A stretch of DNA of 64,000 nucleotides from positions 93,000,001-93,064,000 of the forward strand of contig OX597819.1 in NCBI GenBank assembly GCA_951406725.2, written 5' to 3'. Position numbers and translations under genes: made by a program. The stretch's first letter is position 1. Every line of letters begins with the position of its first letter. The notes below the pieces were generated by a model. It made no database searches. It saw only the letters and a program-made list of their open reading frames with translations, and was not told the origin of the DNA. This DNA is from Octopus vulgaris (taxonomy: Eukaryota). Positions 12,611 to 25,455 of this stretch are shown piece by piece.

Positions 12611-12852
12611 TTACAACAAAAATAAAACAAAATACGTAGGATCTTTCGACTTTCAGACGAGAATAGTAAGCTAGCGCAAGGAAAAAGGAAATGGAAAAAT
12701 CTTATATTCTATTTCTTCAAGTCAGTCATATCTGTTCTGTCTTGCCACCCGGCCAGTTAAGATATTTTTATTTCCTTTTTTCCTTGCGCTAGCTTACTAT
12801 ACTCGTCTGATAGTCTTAAGACCGTGTTTGCTTCGTTTTATTTTTGTTGTAA
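12611..12852. repeat. Imperfect palindrome (about 90-bp arms), probable inverted PLE terminal fragment
   Basis: TCAGACGAG.ATAGTAAGCTAGCGCAAGGAAAAAGGAAAT is mirrored at about 12770-12811. The minus strand of the left arm has a decayed CGT-CTGAAAG-TC-GAAA-GATC-CT-ACG motif. Confidence 0.8.
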
Positions 12853-12857
12853 CTATT

Positions 12858-13090
12858 TTCCTCTTTTACTTGTTTCAGTCATTTCACTGCGGCCATGCTG
12901 GAGCACCGCCTTTAGTGCAGAAAATCGACCCCAGGACTTATTCTGTGTAAGCCAAGTATTTATTCTATCGGTCTCTTTTGCAGAACTGCTAAGTTACGGG
13001 GACATAAACACTCCAGCATCGGTTGTCAAGTGATGTTGGGGGGAAAAACACAGACGCACAAACACACACACAAACACACACAAACCCCCC

Positions 13091-13146
<56 letters not shown>

Positions 13147-13318
13147 CATACATACGATGGGCTTCTTTCAATTTCCGTCCACCAAATCCACTCACATGGC
13201 TTTGGTCGGCCCGATGCTATAGTAGAAGATACTTGCACAAAGTGCCACGCAGTGGGACTGAACCCGGAGCCATGTGGTTGGTAAACAAGCTACTTACCAC
13301 GCAGCCACTCCTGTGCCT
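12858..13318 (-). mobile_element. Full-length SINE group A with internal microsatellite
   Basis: Complete head, body and tail. Confidence 0.9.
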
Positions 13319-13319
13319 G

Positions 13320-13680
13320 TATAATTATTTTCTTTTATTGTATAGCCGACAGGCGCTTGTCCATTGTATGTGTATAATTATATTTCTTATGTTACATTCG
13401 TTCGTGATTCGAAAAACCCTTTCTATTTGTTACTTCTTTGTGTTTGTATATGCCCATGGCTTAATGCTTTTAGTTTAATCCCTTGGCCCAACCAGTTTCG
13501 AGTAGTATCGGATTGGATTGGGCGAAACTACGTGGACATTCGGAACTCCGACTGAAGAAGCAATTGGCTGCGAACGATCCTTGTACCTTTTTTTGTCCTG
13601 TTTGCCGTTCTTGTGCTATCGTCCTTTTTTAACTTGTTAGGTTTTGACGGTTTCCGTTTGTTTCGCTTTTACCTTTGATG
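13320..13680 (+). mobile_element. Probable PLE terminal repeat with two decayed tandem hammerhead motifs
   Basis: GCCCAACCAG...TTGGATTGGGC stem followed by GAAACTACGT (about 13485-13533), and CTGAAGA-AGCAATTGGCTGC-GAACGATC (about 13552-13579). Abuts (TA)/(TG)n. Confidence 0.5.
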
Positions 13681-13726
<46 letters not shown>

Positions 13727-13749
13727 TGTGTGCGTGCGTGCATGTGTGT

Positions 13750-13821
<72 letters not shown>

Positions 13822-13956
13822 TGGATTGTCTAGTTATGAACGACAAATAAGGATTTAGTAAAACAAGGCGGTAATCATGTTCTATGGACACGAATGTTTC
13901 ACCTGTGGTCTGCTGGTGCCTTGCAAATTTTTTGACAAGTGGAACAAGTTGAGGAC

Positions 13957-14280
13957 TTAGCTTGCTTGAGATTTCTGCGGATCAATTACGTGGATGGAAA
14001 AGCCTGTTTTGCTTCGCGCTACAAAGCCACAATGGCAGGTAAGGTTTCCATTTAGAGGAGCAACGTTTTGCCAGCGTGCCTTCATGCTTACATAAAACTC
14101 GTCCTGATGTGAGAGTCGGATTTGCTCAAATCTTTGCAAAAAGGAGCAGGAGGACTTGCAGCATTCTGGTGCTTTGTTTTCCCAGTAAGAAAAGGGAATG
14201 TTGCATCGCTTCAGATTGTCTTCTAGTTAGTCTTTGTAGAGCAAGAATGGCCTACCAAACAACCTTCCCGTTGGGAATAT
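13957..14280 (-). mobile_element. RTE-clade LINE 3' fragment
   Basis: GRPFLLYKD*LEDNLKRCNIPFSYWE and terminal TCHCGFVARSKTGFSIH. Confidence 0.75.
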
Positions 14281-14429
14281 AATTAAGAACAGATTTGATT
14301 AAGGAATAAAAGATTATTATGAACTTATTATTTCTTTTATTATTACTGCTCTGTGTTCCACTAACCCTTTGGTCAGAGGCAGATATTAAATTCTACACCA
14401 GATAATTAGTATCGTAATCCCTAAACGAA

Positions 14430-14489
<60 letters not shown>

Positions 14490-14493
<4 letters not shown>

Positions 14494-14678
14494 TAGAAAA
14501 AAAAACACCTTTTATCAGTTCAATAATGAAAAATTAAAGTATACCATTTAGAAAAATTACATCTTATGGAAAGATAAAATATAAGATAAAACATATAACA
14601 ATGATTAAGTAATGTGCAAAATAATAGATACAACGTATATATTTGGTAGAATGACGACACGTGTTTCGTGGCTATATT
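14490..14678 (-). mobile_element. PLE terminal fragment with the 3' half of a hammerhead
   Basis: Minus strand AGCCAC-GAAA-CACGTG-TC (palindromic stem III, GUC site), truncated at (TA)n. Confidence 0.5.
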
Positions 14679-15479
14679 ATATATATATATGTGTGTGTGC
14701 GTGTGTGTGTGTATTATTTATTTATTTAAACACACACGCATACACGCACACATACACATATAGACAAAGACAGAAAGAAAGAAAGAATGGAAGAAAGGAA
14801 GATAGATAGATAGATAGAGAGATAGATAGATAAATAGATACATAGATGGACAAACAGTCTGTAGTGAGTAGTTGTATTGAAAACATATTGTATGTACAAC
14901 GATTTTAAAAACATTGTATGCACAATGATTAACGAGTGGATTCCATAAAAGCGAAACGTTTCAGATATACACCTACACTATACTCAATGATGTATAATAA
15001 TAACTAATGTTAAGAAACACTGGAAGCTAAAATCATGTCAACTAAAAGTATTTTATGAGTGTGAATTAGTGTATGTATGTGCGTATATTTTGTATATTTA
15101 TTTTCAATTCCCCAAATTATTTGTTAATTGAGCGTACATATAGTTCGTATTTTCTATTTATTTTCCAATTCACTCTCAATAATGTTTAGTATAGCTTATA
15201 TTATTTTATAGTTTTTATAATACTTTTGCCACTTACATTAATTCTTTAAACTCGCGATGTTATCGGTGTATTTATATATTCGACATATTTTTATGTTCTT
15301 TATATACTTTTATGTAACTTAATTATTCCGTTTACACTTTTCTTATGTATTTTTCAGACTTCTAAATATCATGTCAACAATTGTAATACTGATCTCAGCC
15401 AACCTTAAACTTTATCTCTCTCTCTCTCTCTCTCTCATACACACACACACACACAAACACACACATATAGTAACGACAT

Positions 15480-15712
15480 TTTTTTCTTTAAAACCCACAA
15501 GGGGCTAAACACAGAGAGAACAAACAAGGACAGACATACGGATTAAGTCGATTATATCGACCCCAGTGCGTAACTGGTACTTATTTAATCGACCCCGAAA
15601 GGATGAAAGGCAAAGTCGACCTCGGCGGAATTTGAACTCAGAACGTAGCGGCAGAGAAAATACCGGAAAGCTTATCGCCCGGCGTGCTAATGTTTCACCC
15701 AGCTCGCCGGCT
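15480..15712 (-). mobile_element. SINE group B
   Basis: Near-consensus copy. Confidence 0.9.
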
Positions 15713-16174
15713 TACACATGTATATAGTAATGACCTTTTGCTAACATAATGTGGCGGTCTCAGGATGGGACGAATGTTACTGTTATTTAGCCCCAGGAAA
15801 CATCGTTTCCATCTGGTTAAATGACACAAAAAATTCTGTATCCTTATATTTTCGAACAGCACAACTTTGCCTCCACAGACCGGTTTCTGAAGTAGCTTGG
15901 TTGGCGAGATGTCGCTACTGAACTGCTGTCGAAAATATATACATTTTAAAGTGACACACATCACTGATCTACAGAATAGAAATAGTATTATTTCAGATAC
16001 ATATAGAAGTATGTGATTAACTGATGATTTTGCCAATAGAGCCTCAAACTGGAACTAGCAGCTTCACTTTATCGAGATATCTAGGATTACATGTATCTTG
16101 CTTATCAGTGGCACATGGACTCTAATCCAACTGCTTAGCTGAATGACGGTAATGAATGGACGTAGCTAAAATAT

Positions 16175-16335
16175 TGACATATTTTGACACAAGGCTTGCA
16201 ATTTCGGTGGAAAGGGATAAATCTATAACATCGACTCCAGTGTTCAACTGCTACTTATTTTATCGTTCCCAGAAGGATGAAAGGCAAAGTCAACTTCGGT
16301 GTTATTTGAACTCAGAACGTAAAGACAGACGAGAC
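16175..16335 (-). mobile_element. Partial, diverged SINE group B
   Basis: AGGATGAAAGGCAAAGTCAACTTCGG...TTTGAACTCAGAACGTA. Confidence 0.8.
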
Positions 16336-16649
16336 GCTTCAAGTACTGAAATATTGGGGAGAGATACAATTTTTTATGCTAAACTCTTCAAAGTGTTCTG
16401 AAATTGTCGAAATCAACATCAACAACAGAATTGAATAATTAACTTAAGGGAATGTGCTATTATACAACATACATGAATAAATAGTTCGAAGTCATAGTGA
16501 ATGCATTTTCTTTGAGTAACCTTGTCTTTGCGAAAAGTCATTACCCAAAGGACTCGGCAACAGCAAAAATAATCAATCAATTATATACAATGAATTATAT
16601 ATGCAGCTAATATGTAGAGACACTTGATAATAGTATCAAGATACATAGT

Positions 16650-17260
16650 GAAATATTAGGCTAGAACAAAAGTTTGTTGGTTTCTTTTAAATTAGGGTCC
16701 TTCGAATACGCGATTTTGTTTCTCACGTGACCTAGACGTACGAAATATATAGTTTTATTTATTTGAAAGGTATTTCAACATGTATTTCTATACCATTACA
16801 GTTTGGATATTTTATTTCTACTCTTTTTACTATCGAATTAAAATATCTAGAAGATCGAAAACATTCTAGAAGACCTACGGTCGTTAATGATGTGCAAATC
16901 GAAATACCGATAAAAAAAAATAATAATCCAGGTCACACGACACGAGACATCGAAGAAATACTTTTTATATCCCATATAAGCATTATAAAGCATTTAAAAA
17001 CACCTCCTTAGATTAATCGTTATTATGTTTGGATGCCTCATAATTTACGGAAAAAAACTTAGAGGACCGCATTTCTATCTGCAACTTTCTTCTCAAACAC
17101 AACAAAAGTGATTCGTTTCTGAAACGAATGATCACAGGTATGGAAAACAGATTGTTTACAAAGATGTGAAGCAAAAGAGGAAGTGAACCAACTTTAATCA
17201 CTCCAAATTCTAGTCAGTATCTGAAGAAGGTAATGCTTTGTATTTGGTAGGATTGAAGGG
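16650..17260 (+). mobile_element. Degenerate mariner transposase fragment
   Basis: LEDRKHSRRP...NPGHTTRDIEEILFISHISIIKHLK and WMPHNL (WVPHEL-like)...FLKRMITG. Confidence 0.75.
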
Positions 17261-18088
17261 GTGGTTATACAGGGTGTAGCATAAAGATCTCCCACATTGT
17301 GAATGAATTTACGAAGAGAACACAACTATTCAGGAACTAATCTAATTGTTTCTAACAACTATATAACAAACAGTTTATTTTACTGGGTTTAATAAAATTA
17401 TGTTAGGAAAATGACTCATGGTACAAAATCAGCCTCTGAATTCAGACAGTTATTTTCCCTAATAAGGCCGATAAATGGATATTACCTTGATATTGCAGAC
17501 TTATCGACAACGTATTTCTAGCTGCAATCATCACATCTTCTTCAGACTGTATGTTTAGAAACCCACTATTCAACGTGTTCTCATTCCATAGATAGACTGC
17601 AAGCAGGTGACAGGAATTAGATTAAATTGTTTTATTATATTTGATACGATGAATATATCGAGACTTCTAAATGGCTTATATTAATTGGCTGTGTGTCTGA
17701 ATCTTATCACCGTTTGTATTGGAAGCGCAATTTTTTGTGTACGCTGTTGTGCATGCTTTTCTTTCATTAGCACACTTTAAATTTCTTAAACGTGGACATC
17801 AATATTATTTTCAAGAATCAGGGATTAGTTTAGCTGCATTACTTGCTGATAGTTTGCGGCCAGCATTCCCTCTATTGAGTCTTAATTTTATAGTTTGCAA
17901 TTATTGTAAAATCAATTAACAATCATTGAGTGCTGAGGGTTAACTAACGCTCAAACAACTCTACTAATTCGCTTTTTCAGAAATGCTTCTGTCACATTCT
18001 GCGCTTTAAATTCAAGTCCTGTCGTGACTAAGATTGCCTTTCATGCTTTCAGCGTCAATAAATAAACAAATACTAAGGTAATTTTCCC

Positions 18089-18138
<50 letters not shown>

Positions 18139-18559
18139 CTTCTCTTTACCAGTCGCTCTCTCTCCATCTCAGCTAATTTACGTCATTGGGAGAGTTGCAA
18201 AAGACAATTTATAGCATCTCTTTATACAGTAATGGCGAAGGGATAAACGAAGGACTAACAATGCAATCTTCCTTCACAGCTAAAGCATATTTCATATAAA
18301 ATTGATATGCAACTAAAACACCTAAAGACATACCAATGGGGAAAACAGCGCAGAAAGGAATAAAGGAAATGAGGCTAATTTTTAGAATTGTCTGTATAAG
18401 ATAATTATTTCAAAGACTAAGCTTGTCATATTGCTTAGTTTATATGTGGACGTTGGAAAAGAACGCTGGTACATGGATGGCTACCGCTTGTTGTGTACAT
18501 GGAACATCTGCACATCTGTTCTCGAAATAAATCTAAGATACTTTCTGTACATCTGTTTA

Positions 18560-18798
18560 TATCTCTTTTACTCTTTTACTCTTTTACTTGCTTCAGTGAT
18601 TTGACTGCAACCATGCTGGAGCACTGCCTTTTAGTCGAGCAAATCGACCCCAAGACTTATTCTTTGTAAGCCTAGTACTTATTCTATCTGTCTCTGTTGC
18701 AGAACTGCTAAGTTACGGGGACGTAAACACACCAGCATCGGTTGTCAAGTGATGTTCGGAGGACAAACATAGACACACAAACATACACACACACATAC

Positions 18799-18853
<55 letters not shown>

Positions 18854-19018
18854 TACGAGGGGCTTCTTTGAGTTACCGTCTACAAAAAAAACTCACAAGG
18901 CTTTGGTTGGCTCGAGGTTATAGTAGAAGACACTTGCCCAAAGTGCCACGCAGTGGGACTGAACCCGGAACCATGTGGTTCGTAAGCAAGCTACTTACCA
19001 CACAGCCACTCCTAAGCC
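18560..19018 (-). mobile_element. Full-length SINE group A
   Basis: Complete head, body and tail, with (CTCTTTTA)n tail repeats. Confidence 0.9.
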
Positions 19019-19294
19019 TTGGCACCCGCAGAAGTACATGAATCCGCGACCCTCCTTCTCATATAACAACCCATATAACAACTGAACCATCATGCCGAAA
19101 GTTATGTCATAATCTAACCTGATATCAGTTGTGACTTACCTGTTAATACTTGCACCATGTTATGCATATATATGTGTGTGTCTGAGTGTCTGTGTGTGTG
19201 CATGCGTTCGTGCGTCCATTCGTGTGTGGGTGTATATATATATATATATATGTGCTTGTGTGTGTGTATGTGTGTGCGTGTGTGTGTGTGTGTA

Positions 19295-19450
19295 TAGGTT
19301 GCCATGCTTGACCGCTAAATCCACAAGTTTTTTTTTTCTCTCTGTTTATTTTCTGTTATTCCTTTCTGCTGAAGTGCGTAGGCTCGAATCATAAAAGACG
19401 TTTTCACTTTACCGAGCGTCAAACCTGCTTGTTGTTCAGGTACCTAAATG
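19295..19450 (+). mobile_element. Solo PLE terminal fragment with decayed hammerhead-like motif (19362-19397)
   Basis: Homologous to 35372-35557 and to the 3' end of the PLE at 48430-49600. Confidence 0.7.
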
Positions 19451-21050
19451 TCCATAGTAACAAAAGAAATAGTCAGTGCTATTATGTTTACATCTTTCCT
19501 ATATACCCCTGAAAGCAAAGAGCAACGATATAGATTCACAGTGTCGAATAGTTAGAAATAGCAACTAGTTTCCCTTCAAATTATATCACAAAAACGCCTT
19601 TGGTCATAGAAGGTAAACCTGTTTAAATAAACTGTTTGGCACTTCTATCCCACAGACTATCAAATGATACTTCTAGCACGAGTGAAAAATAATGATTTTC
19701 TTCATTTGTTGAGGCCACTAATAAAAAGAACAATGACATATAAATTAGTAAATTATATTCGCCATCTGAAATTTAATAAGCAGGTCATTGACTTTAGGTC
19801 TCATACTAACAATACAATTTTTAATTAACCTTTTCCAATATATTATATCTGCTCAATTTTGCTAAAGATTTAATCCATGCTGCTCTAATGAAACATGGAG
19901 TTTTTGTTATCGCCTTTTCCTGTTCAGTCATACAAAGCATGTGATTCATATTTTACGTTCGTTTTGTAGAGTGATTACTTTTTAAAATGTTATTTGGGAA
20001 TGTAGTGTATTGTATTACTTTTGTTGAACTTCTTTCTAAACTAATGCATAATTTGGTTTACTAAATTATTTGGATAGCTTTTCTCTTCATATTTTAAGTT
20101 TTATATTTAAAGCTGCATGTGTAAGAGTGAATATCAAGCAGTACACATTCCCACTATGTGCGCATGCGTACATGCAAACACACAAAGGTTTACAAAAACG
20201 CTTATTTTGTATGGTTTACATTGATAACAACACAAACATAAAGTACATCAAATAGGCACCACATATATATACTAACGTAAATTATACATACATAGATACA
20301 TACGTACACATGCATACATACATACGTACGTACATACATAGAAACGAACTTGCATGCATAATAGTTTAGAATAAATGGCGCTTATATAATCTTATCAACA
20401 TGCACGAATACATACATTTACATTGCTCTTTTGGAAGTAAAGTGAAATAGAAATTTTATATTTATTGTATGATGCACAGGGCTATAGTAACTTGCTCATT
20501 CGTTTGGCATTTTTGTATAAAAACAAACGCCAACAGTGAATACACTTTGTGTGCAAACGTTTGTGAATACGTGTACACGCGTGTGTGAGTTTATTATCAG
20601 TTTTGCTTTCAACGTACCATGGTATGCAGCCTTATAGATACGACGATTATCATAAGAGCTTTACAATGGCTGCTTACTCAACAACTGAGAAATCCACTGA
20701 GTGCCATCTTGTCCAGATCCCTGAACACCAATGATAAACCATTGTTTGGATGTACCAACAATTACTAAACACACACACACACATACACACACAGAAATAC
20801 ACACATACATATAAATATATACATATACATATAGGTATTAGGATCAGTTATTAATGAATATGGTGTTATTCAACATATTCCACACTCACATATATACATA
20901 CTTAATACAGCGGCCCTTCAGTTTTTCTCAGACCTATAAGAGAAATTGGAAGGTTGGGCCTCTCAACAGGCCTTTCACGATATCCTCAAAACCGGGAACT
21001 TTTCAGCACCCCTATTTGTGTATGCGTGTTTACATATATGCATATATGTA

Positions 21051-21161
<111 letters not shown>

Positions 21162-21165
21162 GCAT

Positions 21166-21203
<38 letters not shown>

Positions 21204-21249
21204 GCGTGTGTGTATGTATGTATTATGTATGTATGTATGTATATGTATA

Positions 21250-21750
21250 ATTAATAAAAAAAAACGAAGAAAATACATGACAAGAAAAAATAACAACGCG
21301 AGGACGTGGCACATGCAAAGTATTAACAGACGCTCCGATAAGGAAAGAAAGCTATGTAATACGTTTCGAGCAAAGTTCTTCTTCAGAAACAGGAGACAGA
21401 GGAAAGTCGAAGACAAAACGAAAACGGAGAGAAAAATCCGCAACGATCCACATGTAGTTACATTTTGAAATGACAGGAAGGGAATGGGTGAAGAAAAAGT
21501 TCTTTCTAAGACAGGAGAGTGTAAGAGAAGGAGATATCTATGTGTATGTGCGGCAGATCTTGCGCGTAAGTGTGTGTATGTGTGTTATGTGTGTAGTATT
21601 GACTGTTTATATGTGGATGTATGGGTGAATCTTGTGTCTGTTAATGTGGTAGGAAGAATTGAGCAGCATGGTAACAGGAGTGGTGGTCTTTTGTGTAGTT
21701 GTGTGCGTAAGGGAACGGTCATTAGAAAGGTATTTGACTGGCAGTTTGAA
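21250..21750 (-). mobile_element. PLE terminal fragment with hammerhead-like motif (about 21355-21392)
   Basis: Minus strand TTT-CTGAAGA-A-GAAC-TTT-GCTC-GAAA-CG-TA. Downstream GAGCGT...CCAC.T..TC sequence resembles 35480-35530. Right boundary uncertain. Confidence 0.55.
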
Positions 21751-22453
21751 GTATGTGTATGTGTGTGTATATATATTTGTGCATGTATGTGTGTGATTTG
21801 TGTCTGGTGTATGTACGTGCATGTATGTGTACCTGTGTGTGTGCGTGTGTGCATGTGTGTGTGCGTGTGTGTGTATGTGTGTATGTGTGTGCAGGTGCGT
21901 ATGTGTTTTTGTGTGTGTGTGGGACTGTTTTGTGCGGTTGTGTGTGTGGGGGTATATGTGCGTTCCTGTGTGTGTGTGCGCATATGTGCACGTGTGGTGC
22001 GTGTATATGTGTGTGCATGTGCGAGCGTGTGTGTGTATGTATACAATACTCGATTTCGATGAACATAGTGAGAACAGGTGTGTTCTTTACGGAAAAGTAA
22101 CTACAAAGCCCACTTTTATACCATGACTATATAAACCTCACCTGATTTTAACAGAAGGGACTCAACACATAATAGTTGGTAATTGTAAATATTATATAAG
22201 ACTCTGACACTGGTCACACGAGAGTAATAATGGGAAAGAAGATTATGACGTACTACATTGAACAAATACAATACCTAAACTTCTTGCAAAGAAAATATGC
22301 TTCTCTGACTGTTCCCTACATCAGGTGAACCAGAGAACGCATATACCAATCTTTTAAGGTATATATGATTGGAGTAATCAAGTGGTAGTGAAAAGAAGCG
22401 AATTCGGAACTAATTAGAATATGTTCCAATGTTACAAATTTCAGTTTTTGAAG

Positions 22454-23540
22454 TACGGGTGGGGCAGAATAACGGACGTTTTTGAAAAATTCACAAAATC
22501 TTTAATTTTTGATGCAAACAAATCTTTATGACGTTAATGTGTTCGTATGGAATTAGCATTTGTCAAAATTAAGTGTGGAAAGTAACACCTGTCATGTGTT
22601 CTGGGTTACTTCCACGCGAATAGCTTCCTTCAAATCGTCCAATGTACGGGGCCTATGCGCATACACACGTGCCTTGAGTTTTCCCCACAAAAAAAATAAT
22701 CACACATGGACAAATCAGGGGACTGAGGGAGCCAAAGAATGTCAGCAAAACAGGAAATGAAGCGGTCATCGAAGTGAGGGCGAAGAACGTCCATTGATGC
22801 TCTGGCTGTGTGGGCCGTCGCTCCATCATGCTGAAACCACATACATCGAATAGGCATACGTTTTCATCGTAATTCAGGCACACGAAGTTGTTTAACATTT
22901 CGATGTAACGCTCGGAATTCACAATGATAGCATTTCCATTATTGTCTTCAAAGAAGTAAGAACCAATGACGGCAGTTTTTCCAACAGCACACCAGACAGT
23001 GACTATTGTGTTGTGCTGTAGTCTTTCATACAGTTCTCTCGGATTCACCATGCCATTGAGATGAAAATGAGGTTCATCACTCATTAACAAAATGAGATTG
23101 TCATTCGCCCCCAAAATTGCTTCCATATGACGTGCGAAAGTTAAGCCGCTGTGCATAATCCCATAGTTTCAACTATTGTCCAGTGACCAATCTGTATGGG
23201 TGGGATTACAAGTCTTCATGCAAAATACGCCTTACCGATCGATTACCGATGGCAAGTTCAGTGGAATGCCTCCGAGCAGAGCGATTCGGACACCGTATCC
23301 GCAGTCTGTACCGTTCGTGCCACCCCCACCGGTCTCCTATTGATTAGTGTACCTCGTGTACGAACTGCATTCACCCAAGGTAAGATTTTGTTACGGGTGG
23401 GAAGAGCTTAATTTCGGGGAAACGTTGAAGTGACGCCGAAACTCACGCTGAACTTCTGACAGACTCGTTATTCTTCATGTAACTGTCGTAGGCAAACACG
23501 CGATGCTCTATCGTCCACAGCTCTATGGCTTCTAATACAG
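22454..23540 (-). mobile_element. Tc1/mariner superfamily DNA transposon, DD41D-type transposase pseudogene
   Basis: SDEPHFHLNGMVN; WFQHDGATAH...WLPQSPDLSMCD with 41 residues between the second and third catalytic Asp (manual count). TA followed by CGGGTGGGGCAGAATAACGG terminus at 22454. Frameshifted. Confidence 0.85.
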
Positions 23541-23710
23541 ATGTAAATAATTTCTTCAGAAAGAAATTATAAGTGCAATGAGGAAAATTAATGATTTACT
23601 CTCGTATGTATATGTATATTTGTATAGATACGTGTGTGTATGTCTGTGTGTGTGTGTATGTGTGAGTGTGTGTGTGTTTGTATGTGTGTGCGTGTGTGTG
23701 TGTGTGTGTG

Positions 23711-23925
23711 AAGGTACGCGGCTTAGTAATTAGAGTATTCGGCTGAGGCTCGTAAGGTCGAGAGTTCAATAACTGGTGACATGTTGTGTGCTTGAGCAAA
23801 ACATTTTATTTCACGGTACTCCAATCCACACAGCTGGCAAAAATGAGTTGTACCTCTATGTCAAACGGCCAGCCTTGTCACATTCTGTGCTACACTGAAT
23901 CTCCTTTAGAAATACACTAACTGTC

Positions 23926-23958
<33 letters not shown>

Positions 23959-24050
23959 TTCTCAGCGACTTGCACGTTAATTTCACGAGCAGGCTGTTCC
24001 GTTGATCAGATCGACTGGAACCCTCATCGTCGTAATCGACAGAGTGCAAC
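23711..24050 (+). mobile_element. tRNA-derived SINE group D
   Basis: Head shared with 51293-51538. 3' body (CACTTGCACGTTAATTTCACGAGCAGGCTGTTCCGTTGATC) shared with 55957-56335. Confidence 0.85.
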
Positions 24051-24269
24051 ACACACACGCACACACGCATATATATATATATATACATATATTTCCGCAC
24101 ATCTGTTATGCTTAAGATATTTTTTTATGTTTTACTTTTGTATTTTGCACAATTTTCAATATTGCATAGCATACGAGTCTTCTCTCTTGCAATTTTCAAA
24201 TTTATATAGAAGCTATATTAAACGATAATTGTGCTTCGCAATTGTTAACTGTGTAGATAATAAGGCCCT

Positions 24270-24560
24270 AAAGGACAGGGGACCAAGATGTGATGTTGAC
24301 CGTGTAGAAGATCTTTGTTCCCTGTTGCCTGCACTACTACGCTCGGCATTGGTGACAGCATAGTGATAAAGAACAGCTCTTGAAGCGATCCAACGCTACT
24401 ACACTAAAATGATTGCCTCAGTGCACAAGATGATCTACTGGGTGAGGCAAAAAACTACGATTTTACTCCCTGGGGGGAAGATACGATAAATATGTAACAA
24501 TTCACGTGTGGAAAATTCTGCAAGGGCTAGTACTTTACTTCGGCATGAAGAACAGTACGA
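24270..24560 (+). mobile_element. Degenerate CR1-like LINE ORF2 fragment
   Basis: LEAIQRYYTKMIAS...YW...FYSL...VWKILQGLV, colinear with about 63280-63420. Confidence 0.65.
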
Positions 24561-25381
24561 ATGATCTTATTAGATGCTATTTTGTGGTTTGTTGTAGTAG
24601 CTTTTTCGTACAGAAAGCACAGAATTCATATAGAATTTCCCATATAGAAAAAGAGTTCCGAATATTCTTGGTCAAGATTAATTTGCATAACTAAAACTAA
24701 ATGCAGTTGACAAAAAAGATCTCAAAGGATCTTAAGACGTAAAATTAGTTAATGGATTTGAACGTAGTCTACTGACTGGCGTATATAAATATTTTCATGC
24801 GTATATGCATGTATATGTGTGTGTGTGCGTGTGTGCGCGTATGTATGTATGTGTTTGCGGGGGTGTGTGCAGGTGTATGTGTAACTCTTAAAGAAGAATA
24901 GTGTTGTCAGTGACTTCAAAGTTTTGGCCTGCTTAACCTTTACCAAACTAATCAAGGGATGGGGGGAACTGCGAATGCAATATTGCGTAACATTCAACAA
25001 CCAACATCTGATAATGAAGCGTTGAAACAATTGTAGTGATGTGTAATGAATCTTATTCAATCCAGTTTCCTGTGTTAAACTTTATATTCTACGGACATAT
25101 GCGGATTATCCTAGTGTATGACAACACTTGATAGCCAATACAGGGAGAGGAGTTTTGGAAAGCACATTATAAGGTTATTAGCCAGATTATATAAATATGT
25201 GTGTATATGTGTGTGTATGTGTGCGTATGCATGCATGTCTGTATGTACGTATGCATTTATATGTATTCTTTCTTCGCCCTACTTCACAACTCACTCCACT
25301 GTATTATCTATCGCTATAACTGTTTCCCACCTGTAGCAATATCTTCGGAAACTGACATATCTCCCTCTCCCTCTTTCTTTA

Positions 25382-25455
<74 letters not shown>

